DNA of 64,000 nucleotides from assembly GCA_963816355.1 (NCBI GenBank), contig CAWFKH010000005.1, forward strand, positions 224,001 through 288,000. Direction: 5' to 3'. This DNA is from an uncultured Gemmatimonadales bacterium. GTDB lineage: Bacteria; Gemmatimonadota; Gemmatimonadetes; Longimicrobiales; RSA9. The translations under genes were made by a program, and so were the position numbers. Below, one piece after another: positions 10,679-20,700 of the stretch. Every line of letters begins with the position of its first letter. Within the stretch, counting starts at the first letter, position 1. The notes below the pieces were generated by a model. The model was not told where the DNA came from and made no database searches. It worked only from the letters and a program-made list of their open reading frames with translations.

Positions 10679-10731
10679 GCGTCTCAGCGTTTCGCGGAGA
10701 CGATTCGGACGCAGCCCGGCACGAGCAGCAA

Positions 10732-11787
10732 GTGAAGAAGAAGCGATACGCGGTGGCGACGGGAGTGGTGGCGCTGTGCGCGCTGGCCGCGCTCGTCGCG
10801 CTGGCCGCGCTGGCCGCGCGGCTGGAGGCGAAGTCGGCGCGATCGGCGGCGTCGGCGGTGCGATCGGGGGCGCCGGGGGCCCCGGGCCCCCCGGCGACGC
10901 GGGTGCCGAACGAGATGGGGCGGATCCCGATCCTGGAGTACCATTTGTTCGGCGGCGGCGACACGCGGTGGCAGCGCGACACGGCGGCGTTCCGGGGGGA
11001 CCTGGAGCTGCTGTACGCGCGCGGCTACCGGCCGATCACGGTGTCGCAGCTCGTGAACCGGGAGATCGACCTGGCGGCGGGCCTGTCGCCGGTGGTGATC
11101 ACGTTCGACGACGCGTCGCCGTCGCAGTTCCGCTACGTGGAGCGGGGCGGGCGGCGCGTGGTCGACGCGACGAGCGCGGTCGGGATCTGGCTCGCGTTCC
11201 ACGAGCGGCGGCCGGGGTGGTCGGACCGCGCCACGTTCTGCGTGCTGCCGAACGCGGAGGCGGGGCGGAGCTTCTTCGGCAACAAGGAGATCGAGGGTCA
11301 GAAGACGGCGTGGCGCTTCGAGAAATTGCGCTTTCTCGTGGACCGGGGATTCGAGCTGTGCGACCATACACTCTGGCACGCGAACCTGGGCAAGTACCCG
11401 GACGCGGTGGTGCAGGAGCAGATCGCCCGCGCGCAGCTGGCGATCGACTCGGCGGTGCCGGGCTACCGGGTGCGCACGATGGCGCTGCCGCTCGGCGTGT
11501 TTCCGCGCAACCGGGAGCTGGCGCGGACGGGCGCGTGGCGCGACACGATCTCCGGTCGCGTGGTTCGCTACCGCTTCGACGCGATCCTGCTGGTCGCGGG
11601 GCCGCCGGCGCCGAGTCCGTACGCGCCGGGATTCGACCCGCTGCGGCTGCCCCGGGTGCAGGTGACGGGGGACGCGCTCCGCCGCACGCTGGACCGGCTC
11701 GACAGCGACGGCACGCGCTACGTTTCGGACGGCGATCCGCGCGTGGTCGCGCCCGCGCCAGCCTCCGGCGCCGCGCACGGGACCTGA
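10732..11787 (+). CDS. Membrane-anchored or secreted polysaccharide deacetylase (CE4)
   Basis: Signal/TM segment after KKKR; IPILEYH, ITFDDAS, LCDHTLWH. Confidence 0.85.
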   Translation: MKKKRYAVATGVVALCALAALVALAALAARLEAKSARSAASAVRSGAPGAPGPPATRVPNEMGRIPILEYHLFGGGDTRWQRDTAAFRGDLELLYARGYRPITVSQLVNREIDLAAGLSPVVITFDDASPSQFRYVERGGRRVVDATSAVGIWLAFHERRPGWSDRATFCVLPNAEAGRSFFGNKEIEGQKTAWRFEKLRFLVDRGFELCDHTLWHANLGKYPDAVVQEQIARAQLAIDSAVPGYRVRTMALPLGVFPRNRELARTGAWRDTISGRVVRYRFDAILLVAGPPAPSPYAPGFDPLRLPRVQVTGDALRRTLDRLDSDGTRYVSDGDPRVVAPAPASGAAHGT

Positions 11788-11803
11788 TCCGGCCGCGGTG
11801 CGG

Positions 11804-13666
11804 ATGAGGGGCGACGACGGCTCGGGCTATGCCCCGATCGGCGATTACGCGATCATCGGCGACGGGCGCTGCGCGGCGCTCGTCTCGCGGCACGGCTCCA
11901 TCGACTGGCTCTGTCTGCCGCGCTTCGACAGCGCGTCCGTGTTCGGCGCCCTGCTCGACCGCAAGCGGGGCGGCCGATTCCGCATCGCACCCACCGGCGA
12001 CTTCGAGGTGACGCGCCGCTACGTCGGGCCGACGAACGTTCTCGAGACGACGTTCGAGACGTCGGGCGGCGTGCTGCGGGTGACGGACGCGATGCCGATC
12101 CCGGAGGAGTCGGACCGCCGGCGGGAGCTGCTGCCCGATCATGAGGTGCTGCGGCGCGTCGAATGCACGGAGGGCGAGGTCGAGGTCGAGGTCGTGTTCG
12201 ACCCGCGCTTCGACTACGGCCGGCGCGCGCCGCGGCTGGAATGGCAGCCGCCGGTCGGATGGGTGGCGACGGACCAGGGCCAGATCCTGGCGCTGCATTC
12301 TGCGATCGCGCTGGCGCGCGTCGACGGCGGCGGCCTGCGCGGGCGCGCGCGCCTGAAGCAGGGGGAGCGGCGGTTCGTCTCGTTGACGGCGGAGCAGGGT
12401 CCCGCGGTGGTCGCGGCGCTCGGCGAAGACGCGGAGCGGCGGCTGCGCGGGACGCAGGACTGGTGGGCGGAGTGGGCCGGCAAGTGCAGCTACGAGGGGC
12501 CGTTCCGGGAGGAGGTCCTGCGCAGCGTGCTGCTGCTGCGGCTGCTCATCTTCTCGCCATCGGGGGCGGTGCTCGCGGCGCCGACCACGTCGCTGCCGGA
12601 GGTGGTCGGCGGCGGACGCAACTGGGACTACCGCTTCTGCTGGCTGCGCGACGGCGCCATGACGCTGCGCGCGCTCTTCGACCAGGGGATCACGGACGAG
12701 GGCGAGCAGTTCATGGGCTGGCTGCTGCACGCGACGCGGCTGACGTGGCCGAAGCTGCAGGTGCTCTACACGCTCTACGGCGGCACGCACACGAAGGAGA
12801 GGACGCTGGACCACCTGGAAGGGTACCGTGGCTCGCGGCCCGTGCGGGTCGGGAACGGCGCGCACGACCAGCTCCAGGTGGACGTCTACGGCGAGGTGCT
12901 CGCCGCGGGCCTCGACTACGTGCAGCGGGGCGGCGAGCTGGATGCCGGCGAGGCGAAGATGCTGCGCGGGCTCGGCGACACGATCTGCGAGGTGTGGACG
13001 GAGCCGGACAACGGCATCTGGGAGGAGCGGGGGCAGCGGCATCACCATACGCTGTCGAAGGCGTTCTGCTGGGTGGGGCTGGACTCGCTGCTCAAGCTGC
13101 ACGAGCTGGGGGCCGTCTCCGGCGTGCCGGTCGAGAAGTACCAGCGGCAGCGCGACGAGATCCGGCGGGCGATCGAGGAGAACGGCTGGAGCGATCGCCT
13201 GCAGTGCTACACCTCCCGCTTCGAGGGCGAGCACCTGGACGCAAGCCTGCTGCTGCTCGCGCTCTACGGCTACGAAGACGCGACGCACGAGCGCATGCGG
13301 AGCACCGCACGCCGCATCCGTGAGCGACTCGGCGTGGACGGCCTCGTCTATCGCTATCGCCACGAGGACGGCATCGGCGGCGACGAAGCCGCGTTCGGCA
13401 TCTGCAGCTTCTGGGCGGTGGACGTGCTCGCCCGGCAGGGGGAGCTGGAGGAGGCGAAGCAGGCGTTCCGCCACGTGCTTGGATACGCCAACGACGTCGG
13501 CCTCTTCTCCGAGGAGATCGATCCGGCGACCGGCGAGCTGCGGGGGAACTTCCCGCAGGCGTTCACGCACGTCGGGCTGATCAACGCGGCCAACACGATC
13601 ACGCGGGTGGAGCGGGGCGAGACCCCGACGGAGGTGGGCGCCGGGAAGCAGAAGGGGGAGCTATGA
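11804..13666 (+). CDS. Glycoside hydrolase family 15 (trehalase/glucoamylase-like)
   Basis: IDWLCLPRFDS, PTTSLPE, RNWDYRFCWLRD, GIWEER, SEEID, GNFPQAFTH. Confidence 0.95.
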   Translation: MRGDDGSGYAPIGDYAIIGDGRCAALVSRHGSIDWLCLPRFDSASVFGALLDRKRGGRFRIAPTGDFEVTRRYVGPTNVLETTFETSGGVLRVTDAMPIPEESDRRRELLPDHEVLRRVECTEGEVEVEVVFDPRFDYGRRAPRLEWQPPVGWVATDQGQILALHSAIALARVDGGGLRGRARLKQGERRFVSLTAEQGPAVVAALGEDAERRLRGTQDWWAEWAGKCSYEGPFREEVLRSVLLLRLLIFSPSGAVLAAPTTSLPEVVGGGRNWDYRFCWLRDGAMTLRALFDQGITDEGEQFMGWLLHATRLTWPKLQVLYTLYGGTHTKERTLDHLEGYRGSRPVRVGNGAHDQLQVDVYGEVLAAGLDYVQRGGELDAGEAKMLRGLGDTICEVWTEPDNGIWEERGQRHHHTLSKAFCWVGLDSLLKLHELGAVSGVPVEKYQRQRDEIRRAIEENGWSDRLQCYTSRFEGEHLDASLLLLALYGYEDATHERMRSTARRIRERLGVDGLVYRYRHEDGIGGDEAAFGICSFWAVDVLARQGELEEAKQAFRHVLGYANDVGLFSEEIDPATGELRGNFPQAFTHVGLINAANTITRVERGETPTEVGAGKQKGEL

Positions 13667-14139
13667 GCTGGGGGAGCATCTTCCTGTGGGGGTTCGTCGC
13701 GACGCTCGTGCTGACCGGGATGATGATGGCGAGTCAGCAGATGGGCCTCTCGCGCATGAGCATCACGTTCGTGATCGGCTCGATCTTCACGCCCAGCCGG
13801 CGACGGGCGCACCTGATCGGCGCCGTGATCCATTTCATCGACGGTTGGGCCTTCGCGATGTTCTACGGCTTCGTCTTCGAGAGCCTCGGCTTCTCCAACG
13901 TGTGGCTGGGGGGAGCTCTAGGCCTGGTGCAGGGGCTTCTCGTCCTCGCCGCGCTCATGCCGCTGCTGCCCAGCTTCCACCCGCGCATGGCGAGCGAGCA
14001 GCAGGGGCCCTCCCTCGAGCGCGGCATCCAGCCGCCCGGGTTCCTGGCGCTCCACTACGGCCGCCGCACGCCGTTCGTGACGTTGCTCGCCCACGTGACC
14101 TACGGCGCGATCCTCGGAGGGCTCTACAAGATCCTGTAG
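13663..14139 (+). CDS. Multi-TM membrane protein, translationally coupled to GH15
   Basis: ATGA overlap; hydrophobic helices; HPRMASE...PPGF. Confidence 0.75.
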   Translation: MSWGSIFLWGFVATLVLTGMMMASQQMGLSRMSITFVIGSIFTPSRRRAHLIGAVIHFIDGWAFAMFYGFVFESLGFSNVWLGGALGLVQGLLVLAALMPLLPSFHPRMASEQQGPSLERGIQPPGFLALHYGRRTPFVTLLAHVTYGAILGGLYKIL

Positions 14140-14146
14140 GCCGCCC

Positions 14147-14926
14147 TCAGGCGCCCTGCCCCGCGGTGAGCAGCAGGCCGCCGTCGACGAAGACGGAGGC
14201 GCCGGTGATGTAGCCGGCCTCGTCGGAGACGAGGAAGGCGACGACGGCGGCGACGTCGCGCGGCTCGCCCGCCCGCCCGAGCGGGATGTGCGCGACGGCG
14301 CGGCGGCGCACCTCCGGATCCTCGACCGCCTCCTCGTTCATCGGCGTGAGGATCATGCCGGGGGCGACATTGTTCACGGTGATCGCGTCGCGGGCGAGCT
14401 CGAGCGCCAGCGAGCGAGTCAGGTTACGCAGGCCGCCCTTCGCCGCGTTGTACGCGGCGCCGTTCGGGATGGGTGTCTCCTCGTGCACCGAGGTGATGTT
14501 GACGATGCGTCCGCCCCCGCCCCGCTCACGCCGGATGCGGGCGAAGCTGCGCGCACAGAGGAACGGCCCGTAGAGGTCGGTGCGCAGCCGCAGGTCCCAC
14601 GCCTCCAGAGTGAGATCGACGGCCGGCGTGCCGCTGAAGTTGACGCCTGCGCTGTTGACGAGGATCGTCGGCGGCGCCAGCGCCTCGCACGTGCGGGCGA
14701 AGATGCGGGCGACATCGTCCTCGGAGCGGACATCGGCACCGACGACGACGGCGCGGCGGCCGGCGTCCTCGACCGCGCTCCGCGTGCGGGCGGCGCCGGC
14801 GTCGTCCGTATGATAGACGACGCAGACGTCGGCGCCCTCCCGGGCGAGGCGCGCCGCGGTGGCGGCGCCGATGCCGGAGTCGGAGCCGGTGACGACCGCG
14901 ACCTGGCCGTCGAGGCGTCCCGCCAT
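14147..14926 (-). CDS. SDR oxidoreductase (glucose 1-dehydrogenase-like)
   Basis: TGSDSGIG, VNSAG, TSVHE, YNAAK, APGMILTPMN. Confidence 0.92.
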   Translation of the reverse strand: MAGRLDGQVAVVTGSDSGIGAATAARLAREGADVCVVYHTDDAGAARTRSAVEDAGRRAVVVGADVRSEDDVARIFARTCEALAPPTILVNSAGVNFSGTPAVDLTLEAWDLRLRTDLYGPFLCARSFARIRRERGGGGRIVNITSVHEETPIPNGAAYNAAKGGLRNLTRSLALELARDAITVNNVAPGMILTPMNEEAVEDPEVRRRAVAHIPLGRAGEPRDVAAVVAFLVSDEAGYITGASVFVDGGLLLTAGQGA

Positions 14927-16881
14927 CAGTTGTGGTCCCCGCCGCCGGACGTCTTGGCGTTCGCCGTGTTGGAGTAGCTCGAGCAGCCGGCGCCGTTGCA
15001 CGCCTGGACGCGGTACTCGTAGTCGGTGCGGCGTTCGAGTCCGGAGTCCGTGAAGCTCTCCGTGTCGGGCGGGACGGACTCCGCGATCGACCGGAAATCG
15101 CCATGCGGGTCCCGGCGCTCGACGCGGAAGCGCGTCTCGTCGGCGCTGTTGTCGCTCCAGGTGAGGACGATCGTGCTCGAGGAGGTCGCGTTGGCCGAGA
15201 GGTTGGAGGGAGCGGCGGGCGGCTCGCTCGGCGCGGGGGCGGCGGCGACGTCGAAGGTGACGGCGATCGTCGCGGGAGAGACGCCCGCGACGGAGGAGGC
15301 GACGGTGACGGTCGCGCCGTAGCTGCCGGGCAGCAGCAGACCGGTGTGGGCGCTCAGGGTGAGGGTGGCGGGCGCCGTGGTGGCGTCCAGCGTCGCGGTG
15401 AGCCAGCCTCCGGCCAGGCCGCCGTAGTCCACGGTGGTGGTGAGCCCGTCGAGGGTGCCGGTGCCGCCGTTGTCGACCGCGACCGTCTGCGGCGCGGGGT
15501 CGGCGCCGAGCGCGGTGGCGGAGAGGGCGACTGTGGTGGCGCCGAGCGAGATGGTGGGCTGCTCCGGCGGCGGAGGCGCCGCCGCGGCGGGGGCCACGGT
15601 GAAGATGACGCTGACGGAGCGGGAGCCGCCGTCGGCGACCGGAGAGGCGACCTCGACGCTGCCGGCGTAGGTGCCGGCGTCGAGCGAGCCGGGCGTGGCG
15701 GTGATGGTCAGAGTGGCGGGCGCGAGCGGCGTCGAGAGCGAGGCGGAGAGCCAGCCGGTCGGCTCGCCGGCGGCGTAGTGCACCGCCGCGGCGAGGCCGT
15801 CGAGCGTGCCGCCGCCGGCGTTCGTGATCGCCACGCTGGTCCGCGCGAGCGCCGTCGACCCAGCGGTGTCCGAGAGCGAGACGGCCGACGTGGCGAGATG
15901 GATCGACGGCAACGCGGCGGTGGTCGCGCCGGCTTCGGCGGAGAAGGCGGAGCAGCCGGAGGGGCTGCAGGCGCGGACGCGGTAGCGGTACGCGGTCGCG
16001 GCCGTGAGCTGCGTGTCGGAGAAGGTGGTCGTGTTGGGCGGCAGCGAGTCGTTCACGGACTGAAAGGCGCCGCCGGCGGCGCTCCGCTCGAGCGCGAAGC
16101 GGGTCTCGTCGTCGCTGTTGTCGCGCCACTTCAGGTCGATGCGATCGGCGCCGACGGCGGTGGCGGCGAGGTCGGAAGGCGCGGCCGGCGGCGGCGGATC
16201 GACGACGAGGTGCGCCGCGATGCGGCCGGTGTCCGGCGACAACGGCGAGGTCACGCTCACGGTCGCGTCGTAGCTGCCGGCGGGGAGCGAGGCGGCGGTC
16301 GAGCGGAGCGTGAGGACGAGCGGCGTCGTCGTGCTGCTCAGCGCCGCGCTCAGCCAGCCGCCGGCGCCGTCGTAGTCGATGGTGAGGGCGATGCCGCTGA
16401 GCGGAGCGTCGCCGGCGGCGCTCACGTGGACGTCCTCCGATCCCGCGCTGGAGGCACCGGCGACGGCGTGGAAGTCGACGGCGGCAGGACTCACCGAGAG
16501 CCTCGAGCCGTTGACGACGACGTGCGCCGTCCCCTCGACGCCTTCCGCGCGCGCCCGGATCGTCGTGCTGCCGGGCGCGACGCCGCGGACGACGCCACTG
16601 CCGTCGACCGCCGCGAGCGCGGGGTCGTCGCTCTTCCAGGTGATCTGCCGGCCGCTGACGTCGTCTCCGGAGGCGTCCGAGAGGTGGGCGGTGAGCTGGG
16701 TCGTGGCGCCGACGTCGACGGCGGCGCTCGCGGGCTGCAGCTCGAGATGCGAGACCGGAACGACGGTAGTCACGGTGTCGGTGCAGGAGAGCAGGCCGAG
16801 CACGACGGCGAGCGCGGCGGACCGGCGCACGCCCGTGGCGGCGCGGCGGGTGCGGCGCGGGGCGCGGGGATTCGCGTGCAT
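14926..16881 (-). CDS. Surface lipoprotein: Big_2, BACON-like Ig folds and 2 FN3 domains
   Basis: Lipobox LLSC; WxDNSxDETRFxxER...YRVxACxxxGCS FN3 repeats; GWL-containing Ig repeats. Confidence 0.8.
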   Translation of the reverse strand: MHANPRAPRRTRRAATGVRRSAALAVVLGLLSCTDTVTTVVPVSHLELQPASAAVDVGATTQLTAHLSDASGDDVSGRQITWKSDDPALAAVDGSGVVRGVAPGSTTIRARAEGVEGTAHVVVNGSRLSVSPAAVDFHAVAGASSAGSEDVHVSAAGDAPLSGIALTIDYDGAGGWLSAALSSTTTPLVLTLRSTAASLPAGSYDATVSVTSPLSPDTGRIAAHLVVDPPPPAAPSDLAATAVGADRIDLKWRDNSDDETRFALERSAAGGAFQSVNDSLPPNTTTFSDTQLTAATAYRYRVRACSPSGCSAFSAEAGATTAALPSIHLATSAVSLSDTAGSTALARTSVAITNAGGGTLDGLAAAVHYAAGEPTGWLSASLSTPLAPATLTITATPGSLDAGTYAGSVEVASPVADGGSRSVSVIFTVAPAAAAPPPPEQPTISLGATTVALSATALGADPAPQTVAVDNGGTGTLDGLTTTVDYGGLAGGWLTATLDATTAPATLTLSAHTGLLLPGSYGATVTVASSVAGVSPATIAVTFDVAAAPAPSEPPAAPSNLSANATSSSTIVLTWSDNSADETRFRVERRDPHGDFRSIAESVPPDTESFTDSGLERRTDYEYRVQACNGAGCSSYSNTANAKTSGGGDHN

Positions 16882-16930
16882 CTTCACCTCGACGGGCGGA
16901 CGGGGTCGCCTGTACGTCGAGGGCGCGAAT

Positions 16931-16945
16931 GCATGAGCAATGCCA
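16931..16945 (-). promoter_or_regulatory. sigma-54 promoter
   Basis: Minus strand TGGCATTGCTCATGC (GG-N10-GC), about 50 nt upstream of ATG 16881. Confidence 0.65.
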
Positions 16946-16959
16946 GGGGGCTCGCCTGC

Positions 16960-17192
16960 GGCGAGGGAAGCTCGCTGCGCGAGGGGAGCTCGCCTTCGGC
17001 GAGGGAAGCTCGCTGCGCGAGGGAAGCCCGGCTGCGCCGGGGGGCCCGCTTCGCCGGGGAAACCCGGCTGCGCGGGGGAAACCCGGCTGCGCGGGGGAAA
17101 CCCGGCTGCGCGGGGGAAACCCGGCTGCGCGGGGGAAGCCCGGCTGCGCCGGGGGAAACCCGGCTGCGCGGGGGAAGCCCGGCTGCGCCGGG
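16960..17192. repeat. Intergenic tandem repeat, 18-20 nt unit GGGGGAAACCCGGCTGCGC
   Basis: About 8 near-identical copies plus degenerate GAGGGAAGCTCGCTGCGC copies; no spacers. Confidence 0.9.
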
Positions 17193-17255
17193 GATGCGGG
17201 AGCGCCGCGGCGCGGGGGCCGCGGCGCTCGGGTGGGGCGCTGGTGCTGGCGGCGG

Positions 17256-17456
17256 CTACTCGGCGGGGCGCCGGCGCCAGTGGCGGACCACGGACACGAT
17301 CAGCCAGCCGATGAAAGCCAGCGGCAGCACCGTGAACAGCAGGAAGGAAGCGATTCCGAAGACCGCTCCCAGCAGACCGGTGATCAGCTTGATCGCCATC
17401 AGGCCCGCCACGATCAGTCCGACCGCCGTCGCCGACTTCATCATCATTCCGCTCAT
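17256..17456 (-). CDS. Small 2-TM membrane protein (66 aa)
   Basis: RBS GAGG; hydrophobic body with basic C-terminal tail. Confidence 0.65.
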   Translation of the reverse strand: MSGMMMKSATAVGLIVAGLMAIKLITGLLGAVFGIASFLLFTVLPLAFIGWLIVSVVRHWRRRPAE

Positions 17457-17510
17457 CTCATCCTCGCGGTAACGGTTGCGTCCGATGGTCCCTACGGTCC
17501 GCGGCGCGCG

Positions 17511-17670
17511 GGGGTTTCACGGGTCGGATGCCGCCGGGTTGCACGGCCCGGACGCCGCCGCGGCTCACGGCCCGGATCCGCCGGCGCTCACGGCTCGAAG
17601 CCGCCGGGGCTCACGGCTCGAAGCCCCCGGGGCTCGCGGCCCGGATATCGCCGGGGCTCGGAGCGCCGGG
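17511..17670. repeat. Degenerate tandem repeat, 22-23 nt unit like GGGGCTCACGGCTCGAAGCCGCC
   Basis: About 6-7 imperfect copies between the small membrane gene and the giant lipoprotein gene. Confidence 0.75.
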
Positions 17671-17722
17671 ACTCGCCGTCGCCGGCGAGCGCGGGTCGTC
17701 GTCCCCGCGCGGCCGCGGGCCT

Positions 17723-20700
17723 TCAGTTCACGGTCAGCGTGACGTCGACGGTCTGCGGGCTGTTCGCGACGCCGTTGGCGGCGGAGGCGACATCGAAGTG
17801 GGCGGTGTAGGTCCCGGCCGGGATCGCTCCCGTGACCACATCCACCGACAGCGTGATGTCCGCGCCGGGGTTCGCGGCGGTCGCCTGGAGGGTCGGCGTG
17901 AGCCAGCCGGCCGCGGCCGGCTGGTCGTACGTCACCGCCGACAGCGAGAGGTTGTCGAGCGTGCTGCCGCCGCCGTTCGTGACCGTGATCGTCTGGTCGG
18001 CGGGGTTCGCCCCGGCGCTCGTCGTGAACGCCGGCGCCGCGTCCGAGATCGCGATCACCGGAGAGGCCGTCACGGTGAAGGTGACCGCCACCGGCTGCGG
18101 GCTGTTCGTGACGCCGGGATCCGCGGACACCACCGGCACGGTCGCGGTGTAGGTCCCGGCCGGCAGCGCGCCGGTGCTCGGCGTCAGCGTCAGGTCGGTC
18201 GGCGCCGAGGCGCCTACGGCCGCGAGCAGCCAACCCGTGGGCTGCGAGGCGCCGTAGCTGATCACGCCCACGCTCAGGTTGTCGAGGCTGCCGGTGCCGG
18301 AGTTCGTCACGGCGATCGTCTGCGGCGTCGGGTCCGCACCGGTCTCGACGGCGCCGAAGCCCGCGGTCGACGACGCGAGCGCGATGGTCGGCGCGGGCGC
18401 GGCATTCACGGTCAGCGTGACGTCGACGGTCTGCGGGCTGTTCGCGACGCCGTTGGCGGCGGAGGCGACATCGAAGTGGGCGGTGTAGGTCCCGGCCGGG
18501 ATCGCTCCCGTGACCACGTCCACCGACAGCGTGATGTCCGCGCCGGGATTCGCGGCGGTCGCCTGGAGGGTCGGCGTGAGCCAGCCGGCCGCGGCCGGCT
18601 GGTCGTACGTCACCGCCGACAGCGAGAGGTTGTCGAGCGTGCTGCCGCCGCCGTTCGTGACCGTGATCGTCTGGTCGGCGGGGTTCGCCCCGGCGCTCGT
18701 CGTGAACGCCGGCGCCGCGTCCGAGATCGCGATCACCGGAGAGGCCGTCACGGTGAAGGTGACCGCCACCGGCTGCGGGCTGTTCGTGACGCCGGGATCC
18801 GCGGACACCACCGGCACGGTCGCGGTGTAGGTCCCGGCCGGCAGCGCGCCGGTGCTCGGCGTCAGCGTCAGGTCGGTCGGCGCCGAGGCGCCTACGGCCG
18901 CGAGCAGCCAACCCGTGGGCTGCGAGGCGCCGTAGCTGATCACGCCCACGCTCAGGTTGTCGAGGCTGCCGGTGCCGGAGTTCGTCACGGCGATCGTCTG
19001 CGGCGTCGGGTCCGCACCGGTCTCGACGGCGCCGAAGCCTGCGGTCGACGACGCGAGCGCGATGCTCGGCGCGGGCGCGGCATTCACGGTCAGCGTGACG
19101 TCGACGGTCTGCGGGCTGTTCGTGACGCCGTCGGCGGCGGAGGCGACGGGCACCGCCGCGTGATAGGTCCCGGCCGCGAGCCCCATGATGTTCGGCGTCA
19201 GCGTGACGTTCGTGGGAGCCGTGGATCCGACCGCCGCATCGAGCCAGCCGGTCGGCTCGCTGGCGCCATACGTGATCGTCCCCACGCTCAGCTTGTCGAG
19301 CGTGCTACCGCCGCTGTTTGTGACGGGGATGCCCTGCGGGGGCGGATTGGCGCCGCCGGCCGTCGCACTGAACGTCGCCGTCGCGGCACCGAGCGCGATC
19401 ACCGGGGGCGCGGAAAGCGTCAGCGTCACGGCCAACGTCTGCGGGCTGTTGGTGACGCCGGTCGCGGAGGAGAAAACCTGCAGCGACGCGTGGTAGGTGA
19501 CGCCGGCGGCGAGCGGGGCTGAGGCGCTGGCCTGCGTGACGCCGAGCGTGATCGTGGTGGGCGCGGTGCCCGCGGCGAGCGTCGTCTTGGTGAGCCAGCC
19601 GGTCGGCTCGCCCGGCGGGTACGTCGTCGCGCTGATGGTGAGGCCGTCCAGCGTCGGACTCAGCGGCGTGCCGTTGGTGACGCTCACCGGAATGTCGGCC
19701 GGGTCCGCGCCGCCCAGCACAGCCGTGAACGCGGCCGGGTTCGGGCTCAGCGCGATGGAGGGCGGCGGCTGCGTCACGGTGAGCGTGACATCGAGCGTCT
19801 GCGGACTGTTCGTGACGCCCACCGCGCTCGACTGCACGGGGACGTGCGCGTGGTACGTCCCGGCGCCGAGCGCGGCGATGTTCGCGTGCAGCGTGATCGT
19901 CGCGGGCGCGGTCGTCCCGGGGAGGTTGGCGGAGAGCCAGCCCGCGGTCTCGCCGGCGTCGAACGCGATGGTGCCGAGGCTGAGCCCATCGAGCACGCTG
20001 CCGAAGCCGGCGGAGTTGGTGACGTCCACGACGACGTCGGCCGGGTTCGCGGCGCCGAGCGTGGCGCTGAACGTCGCCGGATTCGGGGCGAGCGCGATCG
20101 TGGGCGGCGGTGCGGCGACGGCGAAGGTGACGCGGATCGGCTGGGGGCTGTTCGTGACGCCGGTCGCGGTCGAGGCGACGTTCACGGTGGCGCCGTAGGT
20201 GCCCGGATCGAGCGTGGCGGCGCTGGCGGAGAGCGTGACGGTCGCGGGCGCCGTCGTCGGGCCGATCGGCGCGGCGAGCCAGCCGGTGGGCTGCGCGGCG
20301 TCGTAGACGATGCTCGTGCTCAGGTTGTCGAGCGTGCCGACGCCGGCGTTGGTCACGGCGACGGTCCGGGTCGCGGGGTCGGGCTGGCCTTTGGTCACGG
20401 TGAAGTCGATCGCCGTCGGGTCGATGGCGATCGTCGGCGCGGCGGGCGCGACCTGGAACGTGACGTTCAGCGCCGCCGGGCTGTTCGTGACGTTCGGCGC
20501 GGTGGAGAACACCTGGACGGACGCGTGATAGGTCCCGGGTGAGAGCGCGCCGGTCACCGGGCTGAAGGTGACAGTCGTCGGCGCGGTGCCGGCGCCGAGG
20601 ACCGGGGCGGGCAGCCAGCCGGTCGGTTCGCCGCCCGCGTAGCTCACGGGGCCGACGGAGAGGCCGCTCAGCGAGCCGCCGCCGGAGTTCGTCACGCTCG

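Noticed and set aside
16960..17670. Possible CRISPR array
   Set aside because: Units are contiguous with no unique spacers, and there are no cas genes in the window
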